Both the position numbers and the translations under genes were made by a program. Below the pieces are notes generated by a model, which worked only from the letters and a program-made list of their open reading frames with translations, had not been told where the DNA came from and did no database searches. This document shows, piece by piece, positions 1 through 12,868 of a DNA stretch of 64,000 nucleotides (position 1 is its first letter; each line of letters starts with the position of its first letter). Origin of the DNA: Hyphochytrium catenoides (lineage: Eukaryota; Protista; Hyphochytriomycota); the NCBI GenBank assembly GCA_900088475.1, contig FLMG01000120.1:11456-75455 (forward strand), in the 5' to 3' direction.

Positions 1-1241
1 CTCATTGTCCACGCAGGTCTGCTACACCTTCTATAAAAACGTCGTCTACTGCATTGGCCTGTTCTGGTATACTCTATGGTTTAGCGCTTTCTCGGGGACC
101 ATGATCTACCAAGCATTTATCCAGCAAGGCTACAATCTTTTGTACACTTCACTACCTGTCATAGTGTACGCTGTTTTAGAGCAGGTAGGCCCACGTCGTC
201 TTCTTGACCTTTCGGTACTCATACTAAGAGCATGACTGGACAGGATGTACCTGCAGAGATGTGTATGAAACACCCTCAGTTGTATTACTCTGGACCATTG
301 AATCGAAGCTTTAACTGGTAGGATGGCACTTCAGGACGTTGTCATCTTCCTCGCAGGCTCTTCGGCTCATTGTATCGACAGGACCGTCTTCTGGCTTTGG
401 ATGCTTGATGGCGTTTATGAGTCAATATTGGTTATCATGCTACCATTGTATGGCCTAGGTTACACATGGAACGACCCTCAAAGGTAGCGAAGCTCTTTTT
501 ACTGTTCTTTCGGTCTGCTACTACATCTACTAACGCTGGCGCCTATCTAGGCCGATTGACTTCAATGCGCTGACAGGCCTTGCGTGGACCGTCCTAGTAG
601 TTGTGGTCAACGTCAAATACTGCATCTATACATTTAACTGGCATTGGCCTAACGTCGCATCAGTGCTTCTGATGTTATTTATGCTCTATTCCAATCAATA
701 CTTTATAGACTTGGTACCATGGATTTATGCCACAGGTAAGCTGAGACGAACTCCAGAGTGTTCACAACGAACAACGTTCCTTGCCATGTATGACACTGAC
801 GAAAGCAATGTATTCTAGAGTCCTTTCCATTTTTGTTCGGCGACATAAGCTTTTGGCTGATAACACTACTTGTGACCGCATTCGTTATCATCGGTGACTT
901 TGTCTACCATGGGGCGAGAAGAATGATGTTTCCAACGTATCAAGACCTGGCACAAGAGGTCAGTGTTAGTCCAAGTGAACCTCTTGCCCCATCATCTCAG
1001 CCTCTGTTTCGTTAGGTGCACAAATACCACCTCGAAGATAACCTCGACGCCTGGCGAGCACCGTCCCTTCCACCGCCCAAATTTGACCTACCAGACTATG
1101 GAAGCAAGCTGCAAGGGGCAGCAGCTACTGTCACTTATCAGGTCTGTTGTCCCTGTGGTATCCTCTGGTCAGTGTCCGTGCTCGTGTTGAGGTTCAAACT
1201 CCTTCCTTAGGGTCCTCGGCGAGAGATTCACAGAGGCTTCG
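1..1241 (+). CDS. P4-type ATPase (phospholipid flippase), C-terminal TM region; 5'-truncated, multi-exon
   Basis: Spliced translation STQVCYTFYKNVVYCIGLFWYTLWFSAFSGTMIYQAFIQQGYNLLYTSLPVIVYAVLEQDVPAEMCMKHPQLYYSG...FNW...FWLWMLDGVYES...FPTYQDLAQE...HRGF matches the PhoLip_ATPase_C motifs (Y.FYKN, GFSG, YN..FTSLP, DQDV, PQLY). GT-AG introns start at ~184, 319, 484, 736, 959 and 1142. The frame runs into the N gap at 1242-1286 without a stop. Confidence 0.93.
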
Positions 1242-1286
1242 NNNNNNNNNNNNNNNNNNNNNNNNNNNNNNNNNNNNNNNNNNNNN

Positions 1287-2139
1287 CATTCACCAGCTCG
1301 TCCAACCTGCCATGCGCCCGCTCTTTCTGAAGAAGGAGGATCCTGTCATTTCTGGCCAGCGCCTTCGAGATGGAATACTGGCTAGCGAAGATCCGGTGAT
1401 CTTTGAAAATCAACGCTACTGGCCTTTCGCGGGCTGGGGCTCTACCTATCCAGGTCTGGAAGCTGAAAGTTCTTTGCTGCTAATCCTTGCCTACATCCTA
1501 ATAGGTTGCTATTGATGCAGGGCACCTGTTACCTCCTGACAGGAAGCGGTGGAGCGATAGATTTGGCATTAAGTCTGCGATGAGCATTAACACTTCAGGT
1601 AAGTGCAAATTCTAGTTACTTAAGCCTGCATGACCTGATGTAGTACACGGTCACCCTCCGTTTTAGGCTTGCAAGTGGACTTCACTATGCCCCATACTGA
1701 CGAGAATGGCTGGCAGTACGCGGTGGATTTCTCTTTATTCAATCACGGTCACTTCCAGCCGTCACGGAAGCCCACAAGCCTTGTTCGGAGACGGGCATGG
1801 CGTCCAGCGGATGTCATTGCCAACTTGGCGCAAGTCTCGTCAAGCCAAGCAGACAGGCGTAACGCTTTTGGGCTTAGCACAGAAGGAGGTGCTGAGATCT
1901 CGAGCGGAGATAGTGCGCGAGTTATGGAGAGCATGAAGAGTATTCAGGACGCCTTCCTGCAGTACGAGCAACACTACGGACGGGTCCGTTACGGGGGTTC
2001 GCAAGGCGGTAATAGTGGACGTAAGGATGCCGCGCTAGTCGGGGCTACCACGCCTCCGCAGCATAGCACCGAGGAGGTCGACGAAGACTTTGGCCGGTTA
2101 CTAGACAACGTAGACCCAGGGACCAAAGCAGAGTTGTGA
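1287..2139 (+). CDS. DysF (dysferlin/Pex24-type) domain exons; probably the C-terminal tail of the P4-ATPase
   Basis: Spliced VIFENQRYWPFAGWGSTYPGHLLPPDRKRWSD...LQVDFTMPHTDENGWQYAVDF...KPTSLVRRRAWR carries the DysFN (FENQR..P..GW..LLP.DR..WSD) and DysFC (D..GWQYA.DF...VRRR.W.R) signatures. Stop at 2137-2139. Confidence 0.8.
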
Positions 2140-3183
2140 GAATCAATCTTAGAACAGGCAATTGTAGAGCAGAGCTTAGAGAAAAGCAAAACGTGCGAGG
2201 AACTTAGCGGGGCAGGAGTGACTCACCTCCGAACCTCATCGCATCTTGCGTGACGCCCTATCTATTTATCTGGCCAAAGGCCGTTTTAAAGATGTATTTT
2301 AGAGGCCTACGGTATGGCTCTTAGGTAGATAACGCGCTCCTACATGCAAGAGAAGACTGTCGCAGAAGATGACCCTAGACCTCATTATGCAGCATTGCTC
2401 CTCAGATCCGACAGCCATTGGAGATGAGAGGATTGTCGATGATAGATGCGCTCAGGGTCGTAGTTGCAGGTCAACGCAGCTTCGTGGTTGCTGCTTCGAA
2501 GTGTCTGAGGCTTGTCATGAGGGATCTCAGGAGCAGAGCAGAGGGGAAGGTGTTAGAGGGGGAAGAAGTTTCATCATGATGGCACGTCCTGACCTCCCCT
2601 CGGACCGGCCAGCCAACCAGTCCCTTCCCGCCTCTCAGAACACTGTATGTTTCTGCATCTCGAATATTGAGTCTATTACTTAGACTCTATAAGGAATAGG
2701 TAAGTTCTGATACAGTATACGGACGTTCTCAAATAGTTGAAGGGAAGCCAGAGGATGATCGAAAGGATTCGTTACAAGGCTTACAACACAAGGCACTTTG
2801 ACCCAGCAGCCAGCCAACGCAGCGTCCAAGCATCTGCTCTGTATCGCCTATAGCGCCGCAGCTGCTCCCAGGTAGCTGCCACGGCATGATTCTCAACTGC
2901 AACAGCGGGTGCATCTCCCAGGAAGTGATGCAGAGGTCTGACTCTTCAAACTGAAGGGTGGAAGAGATAGGGACTGTGAGACGCAGCTACTTTCTTCTGG
3001 TGCCCTATCCTTTTCCCCTGCCCTTTCTTTGCCCTGCGGCGGCTTCCCAGCTGTGCTTGTCACAGCAGCATCAAGCATTGCCGTCACTGTAGCGCTTCTG
3101 ATGCTTATTGAGGCTGGCCTTGCCCTTCTAAGCTTCGCTTAGGCCCTTCAGTGGCCTCTTGTTATCAATATCGGCCTCAAATC

Positions 3184-5211
3184 ATGAATATTGAGGAACG
3201 CCCTTGGGTTGTCCTCAAGTTTGGAGGGACATCAGTAGCTACCGCCGGCCGGTGGAATGTCATATGCAGCAGGGTGAAGGATCTCCTAACGGAGAAGAAG
3301 AAAGTTTGGGTCGTCATCTCCGCAGTAACCAAGGTTACTAACGCATTAGAGGCGTCAATCCATGAAGCTGTCACTGGTGCAGACCACTTATCGTCCTTTA
3401 AAAAGATTGTAGAGATCCACGCCGATCTTGCCGTTGCGGCCGGGGTTCTTGGCCTTGAGAGCCGTCAGACATTTGTGGAGCTTTGCATGCGCACTGATGA
3501 GCCTGCTCCTTCTTCTGACTCCTCACGCGTTCAGGATTTGAACCAGGTCGTGGAAACGTTTCAGGTAAGGCTAAGGATCAGCGCCTTTCTCACTCTTTCG
3601 CTGGATGTGAGACCTTATGCTTTGTACCATTAGGACCTACGGCGACTCCTCGAAGGAATTCGGCTCACTTGTGAAGCATCTCCACGAATCAACGCTAGAA
3701 TTCTTTCTCATGGAGAGCTACTCTCGACTGCGCTAGGATCACTCATAATGAGGGTCAATGGCATCGATGTCGCCTTTGTAGATGCGAGAAACCTGCTCCA
3801 TTCCGAGGTGATGCTGGGAAGACCAACAGAGGATGTCTATCTAGAAGCTGTAGTGCGTCCTCGCAAGGATTTGGAAGCAGCAGAACGGGAGGCGGGAGGT
3901 GCGTTGTTGCCCGTTGCAGTGAGCCTCAGTGAGTGACTTTGACTTTATGCTCAACAGGCAAGAGCGTGGTGCTTACGCAGGGCTTCATTGCCAGTCCCAG
4001 TGCCCGTCCTGGCCGATACACAGGCAAGCAAGTGGTGGAGACCTGTGTTCTGGGTCGTGGTGGAAGTGACACGTCGGGAGCGCTATTTGCAGCCTTATTG
4101 GGCGCAGCGCGGTACGAGGTATGGACTGACGTCCATGGACTCTTCACCTCGGACCCGAGACAAGTGCCGATGGCTAGACTTATCAAGGCGATTGGATATA
4201 GAGAGGCACAAGAGTTAGCAGCCATGGGAGCAAAGGTAAATAGCGGTTCAAAGAGGTCCTGATAAGCTGCTATGGGCACAAGATACAACGGTAACACTTT
4301 CACTATCAATCCCAGGTGCTTCATCCTCGCTGCATTGGTCCCGCCCAGTGGGCAGGAGTCCCCATCCAAATCCGCAACACCAATGATCCTTTCGGTGAGA
4401 CCACCGATATCCATCAAGAGGAGGATAACAACGGCACTCTTGTCCTGGCGGTAGCTCAGCGTAAGAATATGACGCTGCTCACAGTGACCTCCTATGACAT
4501 GTGGGGGCATGCTGGTTATTTATCCAACTTCTTCAAGCCTTTTGAGCAATTAGGAATCTCAGTCGATCTTATCGCTACGTCCCAGGTGACATGATTTCCC
4601 GAGTTCGTTTTGTACGCCGCTCTTTGCAAGGACTTGCTGACAGTTTGCACCTCTCTATCTCTAGTACTCCGTCAGTGTCACCCTGGACCATATTCCAGGC
4701 GGGTGTGAAGGCGACCAGTTCCGACAGCTGGTGGAGAGTCTGAGCTCCCTTGGCGATGTCAAAGCGCGGCATCACTGTGCAGTGGTGTCAATCGTAGGAA
4801 GAAAATTAAGGACTGCTCTGCATGAATTTGGCTCTTCTGGAGTCCTGGAGACCTTGCAAGGAAAGGAGGTACGTGCTAATTCTCTCCCCTCACCAATCAG
4901 AACTGGCGCATAACGGCAGTCATGCAGGTCTTATTGCTAACTGAGTCAACTGAAGACCTCAACATGTCCTTCGTCGTGGACCAGGCAGAGTCAGACAAAA
5001 TTGTAAGAGCGATGCATGATCGGCTCTTCCCTCATGGGGAGGACGCTTTCAATGGTAAGCACCTTTGCATTTTCCTCGATACAACGCCCGCAGCACTAGA
5101 AGTATCATATGGACTTATGATGGCTGTACAGGGCTATCCGGGACCCATAGAGATCACCTTCTAGGTTCCACGTGGCAGGAGCTTCGCAAGACGCGCAAGG
5201 CATCGCAATGA
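3184..5211 (+). CDS. lysC: Aspartate kinase (AAK domain + two ACT domains), multi-exon
   Basis: WVVLKFGGTSVA, VVISAVTKVTNAL, SHGELLST, VVLTQGFIA, LGRGGSDTSGALFA, VWTDVHGLFTSDPRQVP, YREAQELAAMGAKVLHPRCI, ACT motifs ISVDLIATSQ and AVVSIVGRKLR. Last exon reads LLGSTWQELRKTRKASQ, TGA at 5209-5211. Confidence 0.93.
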
Positions 5212-5298
5212 CCTCCCCACGGGTCCGTCAGATTATAATTTATTTAAAAGGCAGACTTCGCTCCATACACTTGCAGTGTAAGGGCTCACACTTTCAAA

Positions 5299-6552
5299 TT
5301 ATGGGCCTATGGCCTTAAGGTCAGCGTTCTCTAGGTCATCACTGGGCTCCTTCACAGCCGAGACTGGTTGGAATTGAAAGTCTTTCGGTGGAAACTTGAA
5401 CGTTGGCCCAAAGTTGACAGTCACGGACGCGCCCATGTAAAGAGATACGGCGGGGTAGAAGGGTTCTGAAGAGTAGAGATAACGATTTCACTGGCTGCGT
5501 CATTACCTTTAGAGAACTCCATAGACTGTGCTCACCTCGATCTAGCCCATGAAAGGCAACACCTTGGTCCTCCCCGTTCTTGAAGAACCGGATCCATGTT
5601 TCTTCAACAGTGGCCTGGGTGGAAGGCTCATCGGCGTTCTTCACGTTGGCGCTATCAAGAGTGCTCTCTGCCTGCTCATCAGCCTGCGGCTTAATGGCTG
5701 TATCTCCGTCGACCGCATCTACAGCGTGTGACTGACCATTAGACTAAATGCGAATAGAGAGGCAATGGGAGGTGACTCACTTTCAGAAGGTAGCTTTATC
5801 ATAAGTCCAATGACGTCTCCGGGCCCTAAAGACGATCGAGCAATCTTGAGTTTTAAAGCGGCAGTTGCGATGATGGAGAGGACGATGATCCGCACAACAC
5901 CTACCGTAGCTCTCTCCATAGCCATCGCGTCGGACGCTAGCATGTACTGCCGACCCGGCGATATCGCGATAAGCGTAACTGTGAGCGTCATATCCCACCG
6001 GAGCTTGAATGTCAGCCTTGGCCGTAGCCCAGCCAATCCTACAGAATATAAGCCTCAGTGACATTGGCTCGTAGAGGCTGTTGCTACCCATTGCACCTGG
6101 TATGGGCGTTTGGATTATCGCTACTGTTGATCGTGGCCTCATAGTACCAGACTCCGGAGCTGACGGCATCAGTAGCGCGGACCATGCGAAATCCCTATGC
6201 AGGATGCGGAGATGAGCGGCAATGATGGCCTTTCGGAAAAGTCCTGGAGTACCTTGTCCCCCAGCACTGTCAGCTTATCATCTGAGAGCTTCAGCATCGG
6301 AGCACAATCCTTTGAAGAGAGAACCACGCCCTTCGGCTCTCCTGCTGCACTCTCATCCTTGGCAGTCGAAATGGACTTTCTCTTGTCCTTGGGAGCTTTC
6401 TTCTTGCTCCTCTTGGAGGGAGGCTGGGTCGTCGAGGTACTCACTTCAGCCCCATCGCCCTCGGGCCCTGCCGAGCTTCCTGCCGAGCGCTTCCTCGCCG
6501 ATAAGCCACCTTCCGATGAGCTCGGCGCTGTGGCGCTTGGAGCCTCTGCCAT
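5299..6552 (-). CDS. ASH2L: ASH2L/Bre2-like SPRY-domain subunit of Set1/COMPASS, multi-exon
   Basis: [117 protein letters not shown]. Basic NLS-like N-terminus. Start could extend upstream. Confidence 0.9.
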
Positions 6553-6845
6553 TCTTACTTGCCCATCCCAGACTACCCGCACGCTGTCCTAAGGCTGCAG
6601 GTGAGAAGGAGGACGGACTTCCAGCCCGACAAAGACGGGAGAAAAGAGAGAAAGGAGAATGAAGAAGGAAGGTCGTTGAGAAGGTCAAGAGACCGTCTGA
6701 GCTCTTGGTGAGCGGAAGAAAGGAGAGAGAAGGAAGAGTTTGAATGCCCAACAAAGATTACAAAGTGCCAGAGGACGGGAGAATCAGAAAGGCCGCTAAC
6801 GCCCAACTGGGACGGCAGTTACTGAGTGGATGAGTGCACCAGGGC

Positions 6846-6901
6846 TCCTCCTCCTCCTCCTGCTGCTTTTGCTGCTGCTGGTGCTGCTGCTGCTGCTGCT
6901 G
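6846..6901. repeat. Compound (CTC)n/(CTG)n trinucleotide repeat in the ASH2L-CEP164 divergent intergenic region
   Basis: ctcctcctcctcctcctgctgcttttgctgctgctggtgctgctgctgctgctgctg. Confidence 0.85.
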
Positions 6902-7239
6902 TTCTCTCATCATCACGGCCCGGTCCCTGGCCTCCACTGAAAGGATTGTCTTGCTCTTGCTCTTCAACTTGGCTGCTCCTGCTCCTCCTTCTTCATCGCT
7001 TCTCGCATGACCAGAGCTTGGCTCCTCCTACTTCCTTTGGTTAGGCCTTCAAGCGATAAACGCTTCCACCTTACAGAACTTTGCTCTGTGCGTTTTCATC
7101 TCTAATAGGGCACCGACACACATTGCCGTGGAAGGAATGAGAGAATGCCGCCCTTTTTAGATGTTATTAAGGCGCCATTAGTCGCCACGAAGGACGGTGG
7201 TAGTGCTCTACTAACAAGTCTGTCCGTGAAGCTGGAGAG

Positions 7240-10200
7240 ATGACCAAAGGCGGCAAGGGTTCCTCGTCCGAAGCACCTTCTTTGACAAAGGAGCAGAGTG
7301 AGCTATTTGCCACGGCCGTCAGAGAACATGCAATCTACCTCGGGCTGGATCCTGAAAAGCACAAGGATCTCCTATAGTAAGTGCCATGCCCAGTCACTTC
7401 GCCACTTGCCACTCCCTCTAACCTCTCCTCTTCTGTCCTCGTCTATGAACAGCATTGCCGAGGAGGCACTCTCAGCTCCGTTACCTCCAGGATGGGAGAT
7501 GGACAACTCTGAAGACGGCCGGCCGTACTATTATAATAGCGAGACCGGAGAGAGCGCCTGGGATCATCCGTTAGACGATAAATATCGAAAGATCGTACTG
7601 GAAAAGCTCGCCGGGCGTGGGGAACGTAAGAAGACTGAAGGCAATGTAGGAAAAAATTCCAAGAAAGACGACAGAACAGAGACAAAAGGAGGATCCCGAG
7701 AGACGTCTGACTATGATGATGACTTCGAGGACCTGGAAACGTCAGAAAGGAGCGCAAGCAGCAGAACAAGGGACTCAAAGTCAAAGGGGAGAAGCTCCCG
7801 AGACCGAGAGAAAGATGAGTCCGAGCACTCCAGCGCCAGCCGAGGTAGTAAAGGCGCAAAAGAGAAGCAAGGAGGCGCAAGCTTGGATCCTAGGAAGACC
7901 ACTGCCGGGAAGTCAACTGTTCTAGAGGACCTTGATGATGACTTTGACATTCCCATTGAAGACCAGAGGCCGAAGAGGGATCGACAGAAGAAGGATGCAA
8001 CAGACGATGATCAACGGGAGAGGACATCGAGTTCCAAAGTCAAAACGGGGAGCCTTTCAGACTATTCGAAGCTCAAGCGGCCTAACTCACCCCTGAAGGC
8101 CATCAAGAGCTATGACGATGATCTTGACGAGTCAGACGAACTCGATAGCCCAGACATTCTCCCGGTTGCCTCGTTGATGAAGCCTTCAATGACTAAGAAG
8201 GACGATATCAAGCAAACCAAGACCACAAAGGAAGATATTGATCCGGATAAGAGGTCAAAGACATCCGCGGAGGGCCGAAGCACAGACTCTTCACCTTCAG
8301 ATGGCCAAAGTAAGACGGGAAGCATGAAAGTCATTCAGAGTCAGAGTCAGCAGAGTCACTCGAGCAACATCAGTGGAAGCAACGGCCACCCGGAGGCCAA
8401 CATTGAAACAGAGAAACCAAAAATTACAGTGAAGAGAGTGATAACAAAGCCAGCCGCCGTCAGCTTGCATGACGCCACGCCCGCCAGTCCACCATTAGGA
8501 AGTGACAATGGAACCAAAGCCGGCTCTACACCTGCGCTGAGTAGATCTCAGGCGCACGATCCCACTCCGGCAATTACGTCAGCCCTTGATGCCGCCCAAA
8601 AGGAGACAACCCCAACTGGGATCGCGAAATCTTCTCCTGGAAAGAAGCAAGGAGGGTTTGGACGGAACTGGGAGTCGTGGTTGCTCGCTGAAGATGTCGA
8701 GGAGATGAGACAAAAAGAGCTGTCGGTTGAAGCTGCCCAGATTGCAGGTGAGCCGCAGACGAAGAGGAAGGAAGCCGAAGACGTCGCTCGCTCAACGGAT
8801 GAGAAGCGTGCCACAGAGCGTGGCAAGGGTGAATTCATTGCACTCCCTTCTACCAAGGAGATTGGCGATCCTGCTCTGACAAGACGAACAGAAGACACAA
8901 TGACCCTGCTAACAAGCGAAGTAGCTGTAGCTGGGAAGAGAGGAGAGATGATGAGTCAACTGCTGCCAGCAGAGAACTCCGCAACCTCGGAAACTATAAA
9001 GAAAGAGGATGAGGTAATGAAGAAAGAGGACAAGCCGAGCAAAGATCACGAGCTGCAGCTGCTGCGCAAAGAGAAGTCAGAGCTTCAAGAGACGGCTACC
9101 AAGCTGCGGGAGGAGCTTGCCCTGAAAACAGCGTTATTATCAGAAGGCAGTAAGATGAAGGTAAGCAATCTCGGACGTCCCTCGGCGCACTTTCTCTTTC
9201 TGTTAACGCTCTTACCTCTGCTTGTTATTAGGATCAAGCCATGTCCGATAAGACAGTGAAGATCCTCACTTTAGAGAGCGAGCTCTCCGTATCCAAGGAA
9301 GAAGAGGAGCGGCTATCCACTCTTCTGAAGGCCAAAGACGCGGGTTCGCCGTTCACCTGTTACTCTTGTCCCTTCCAGAATAAAACTCACGTGCTTGCTA
9401 ATTGCTGTTCAGAGGTGTCAGAGCTCCGGAACAAGGCTTCTACTCTTGATCAGCGTTTGCTGGAGTCAGAGGCGTCGGAGAAGAAGCTGCAGGCTCAGGT
9501 CGTTGCATTGAAAGAGCTGAAAGAGACATTGGAGAAAGATGTTGCCAAACTGCAGGCTGATGTGGCCCTTGGGTCACACCAAACTCCGTCCAGCCTTCCA
9601 CTGCCGCCCTGCAAGAGCTGCGGCTCCTGGGAAGTCAAGGTATGATATGCATTGCTTGCTTTCCGTAGAACATCCTGAGCTGGCTTGACTGAGTTATGCG
9701 CGATTTACACGTCTAGGTCGCGGCCTTGGATAGGCAGCTCATCAGCGAGAAAGCTAGAAATGAGACTCTCATGGGACAGGTCAAGACCGCCAGCGAGACT
9801 ATTAGCTCACTTCAGGTGAAGCTGGAGTCGGTAACCAGTGAGAACTCCAAGAGCACAGCGAAGGAAGTAGCTGACCTCAAGCATGAAGTTCACTCCTTGA
9901 CGCAGCAGCTCCAGCAGAAGTCTATCGAGCTGCAGGGAAAGGTTGGCTGGCTCGAAGGCTATGGGTGTTGCTATTTTTTAGCTAAGGGCTTCTTTGCAAT
10001 TTTAACCTTAGGAACAACGGCTCGATCGCGCTCTTGAAGACTTGAAGGCCGCAGCCATAAATAAGGTGTCTGAGAAAGGCTTTGAAGCCCAAGCAATGAC
10101 GCTTCAGGCCGAGGTTCAATCCTTACGTTCACTATTGGTGCGGCGAGACCGAGATGTTGAGGGCTTAGAGTCCAAGCTCTCAGAAGAGATGGAGAAGGTG

Positions 10201-12666
10201 CGGCGCTTGTGGCCCTTAGAACTCGTTCCTCCCTTATCTAACATTGATATCTCCGCCCCCATCCAGACCAGACATGCTCAAAACCAGTTGGTTAGTCTAA
10301 GGGAAAGTGCAGATCTTGTTGAGGTCACTGCAAAGTCTCACCGGTGCAAAAGTGAGGCTTTGGATCGCGAGATGAAGCGTTTGCAGGAAGAGGTATCGCG
10401 CCTTCAGAGTCAGCTTCACGAGGAGAGCCTATCAGCCTCGCAGGAGAGGGAGACAGTTGTCAGACAAAACATGCAGGTAAGGGAAGCTTCCGGTTCCTTC
10501 ATCCTTGAAATGAGATGGCCAGCGGCGGAGGGTCTTACACGCCATGTCCATCTTCCCGGAGCAGCTGCAAAAGAAGCACACCCAGCTCCAGCTAGAGAAC
10601 ACCGGTCTCCAAGAGAAAGTGTCAGCACTTTCCGGTGAGCTTGAAGTCCTGAAGGACCACGGAACGACCCTGGGTATGGAGCTTGGTAAAGCCAAGGCAG
10701 GAGCAGACAGCGCCAAACGGAGAGCTGCAGAAGATGCCTTCCGCATAGAAGAGTTGGACCGGCACTTGTGTGAGGAAAAGCAGGAAAAGCAGAAGCGAGA
10801 AAAGGAACTGCAAGCTACCATACTGGGCTTGAGGACGGAGCTGCAGTTGCAAGCCGAGAGACTAAGCCAGGATCGTCGCGAGGCAGAGCAGAAGGCTGAT
10901 CTACTCAGTGCAGAAGGTAACAGGGGCGTTCTAGCTTTCCCGCTGTCGCTGGAGCTTAACTCACTTATTGTCAACCAGTGCGTCGAGCTCTGGAGCGCCT
11001 TCAGGAGGCGGAGGCAGCGAAGAAGAAGGAGCAAGTAAAAAACTGCGAGAAGGAGAAGGAACTTTATGACCTGTAAGTGGGACCTTTATCTGTCCTCATC
11101 CTGTGGCACTCTCTCTCCCTGTCTCCCTCTCTGTCTCTCTGGCAGGCCCCCTCCATCAATTTTCTGGCAGTTCCTTGGCTCTTGCTGAAAGGAGATATCT
11201 AACAAAGCCCTTCCCATCACTTGCTAACCAGCCGAGACGAAGCCGAAGACCTACGCAGACGACTCTACGCTGTGGAAGGCTCCAAGTTGGTTGAAGAGCT
11301 CAGGCGAGAGAAACAAGAACTTCAGCAGGATTTGGCCGTCACACGCCTGCAACTTCGTGGCCTGCAGGTTCGACGCGCGGATGCAGATTTAGCTACTATT
11401 ATGGCGTTTACTGATTTCTTCCCCTCAAAAAGGATGAGGTGACCAAGTCCAAGGAAGCTTTTAATACAGAGATAGCACGGATGGAGCGCGAGGTGCAGAT
11501 TAGGGTGCCAGAGGTCGCGGAGTCAGCAAAGCGCCGGTAAGCCATCCAACGCGACAGCAGATTGGGACGAAGAGTGTGAGAGAGAGAGAAAGAAAGATCG
11601 CTAACCATCCTGCGATGTATAGGACGGAAGATGTATGGAAAGCAAGGCTAGACGAGGAAATAAAGATTCGGGATGAGAGATACGAAAAGCTTAAGCGAAA
11701 GCTGACAAGCAAGCTGCAAGCCGAGGAGCTGCTCAAGGAGACACGCGAGACAGAGCATCGGCAGCTAGTGAAGAATCTAGAGGCTGAACTCTCTGTTGCA
11801 CGGCGAGAGAAGCAAAGCGTAGAAGCAGCGTTGCACTTCTTCCAGGTACTTCTTGCTTCCCTTCGCTCTACTGCTCTCACTCTATCGTAGTGCTCACACT
11901 ATCCACGAGTTGAGTTGACGAGTTGAGCTGCATCTCATTCAGACTCTTTACATTCTAGTCTATGTGCTCTCAGGTCTAACTTCGCTTTATATCCTACTAG
12001 TACCAGTGGCAAATGCTACGCTGGAACAGCAGTCAAGACAGCTTCCCGTCCCTCTACGCTGCCCCACCTCCGCCGCCTGCATTTGCGCCCTCTGTTAACT
12101 TTCCCGGGTCTCCAGCCCCGTGGTTAAATGTAGCCGCTGATGATGCCGCGAGAGTCAACCCCACCCAGACCTTGAGGCCAGCCCAGGTTCATCCCTTCAT
12201 CCCTCCAAGCCAGGAGGTCAGCGGTATCGGGCAGGAAGCCAGCGCGAAGCAAGGAGAGAAGCCAGAAGAAGTAGCAAATAGGGTCTCATCGCCGCCCATG
12301 GCTGAGGATGATGATATCAAACTGGGTGAGGACACCAATAGAGCGGAGCTCCCAACGGGGATGGAGAGAGAGCGAGGGGCTAGCTTGGATAACATAGAGA
12401 ATGAGATCACGTCCAAGCTTCTCTCCAGCAAACTGAAGACGGCGGAGAATATCGACTTGAAGGATCGCACCGACGCATTGCTAGAGTCCCTAGGAGTTGC
12501 CAGCGAGGAGAGATCCAAACCGACCAGGGCGTTCGGGGTTGCCTCACTCAGCATTGGAGAAGATTGTAGTTATGGGAGGCAAGAGATGGGTGCAGTGTAT
12601 GAGAACGTAGTCGGGCTAGATAGACGGTTAGCAGGATGGCGTGCGAAGTATGGCGCAGTCTCCTAG
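7240..12666 (+). CDS. CEP164: CEP164-like centriolar distal appendage protein (N-terminal WW + long coiled coil), multi-exon
   Basis: Exons 1+2 splice to AVREHAIYLGLDPEKHKDLLYIAEEALSAPLPPGWEMDNSEDGRPYYYNSETGESAWDHPLDDKYRKIV, the CEP164 N-terminal helix+WW signature. Followed by a disordered region and coiled-coil exons ending in ORF 12013-12666. Confidence 0.82.
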
Positions 12667-12868
12667 TTAAATGGTAAACGATAGAGGAGAAAAGCCACAA
12701 GGCCCTACTGCCATGCCAACCCTTCATCGTAGAATATCACCGTCTCTGCACACCTGCTAGGTCCTCCGGCCCTGCTCAGGTCTCTTTATTCTAGTAATAA
12801 GCGACAGCAGGAAAAAGTTATGGCACCTTCTCGCCTCAGCCAGGCTTGCTACAGAGCGGCCGTGCGCC

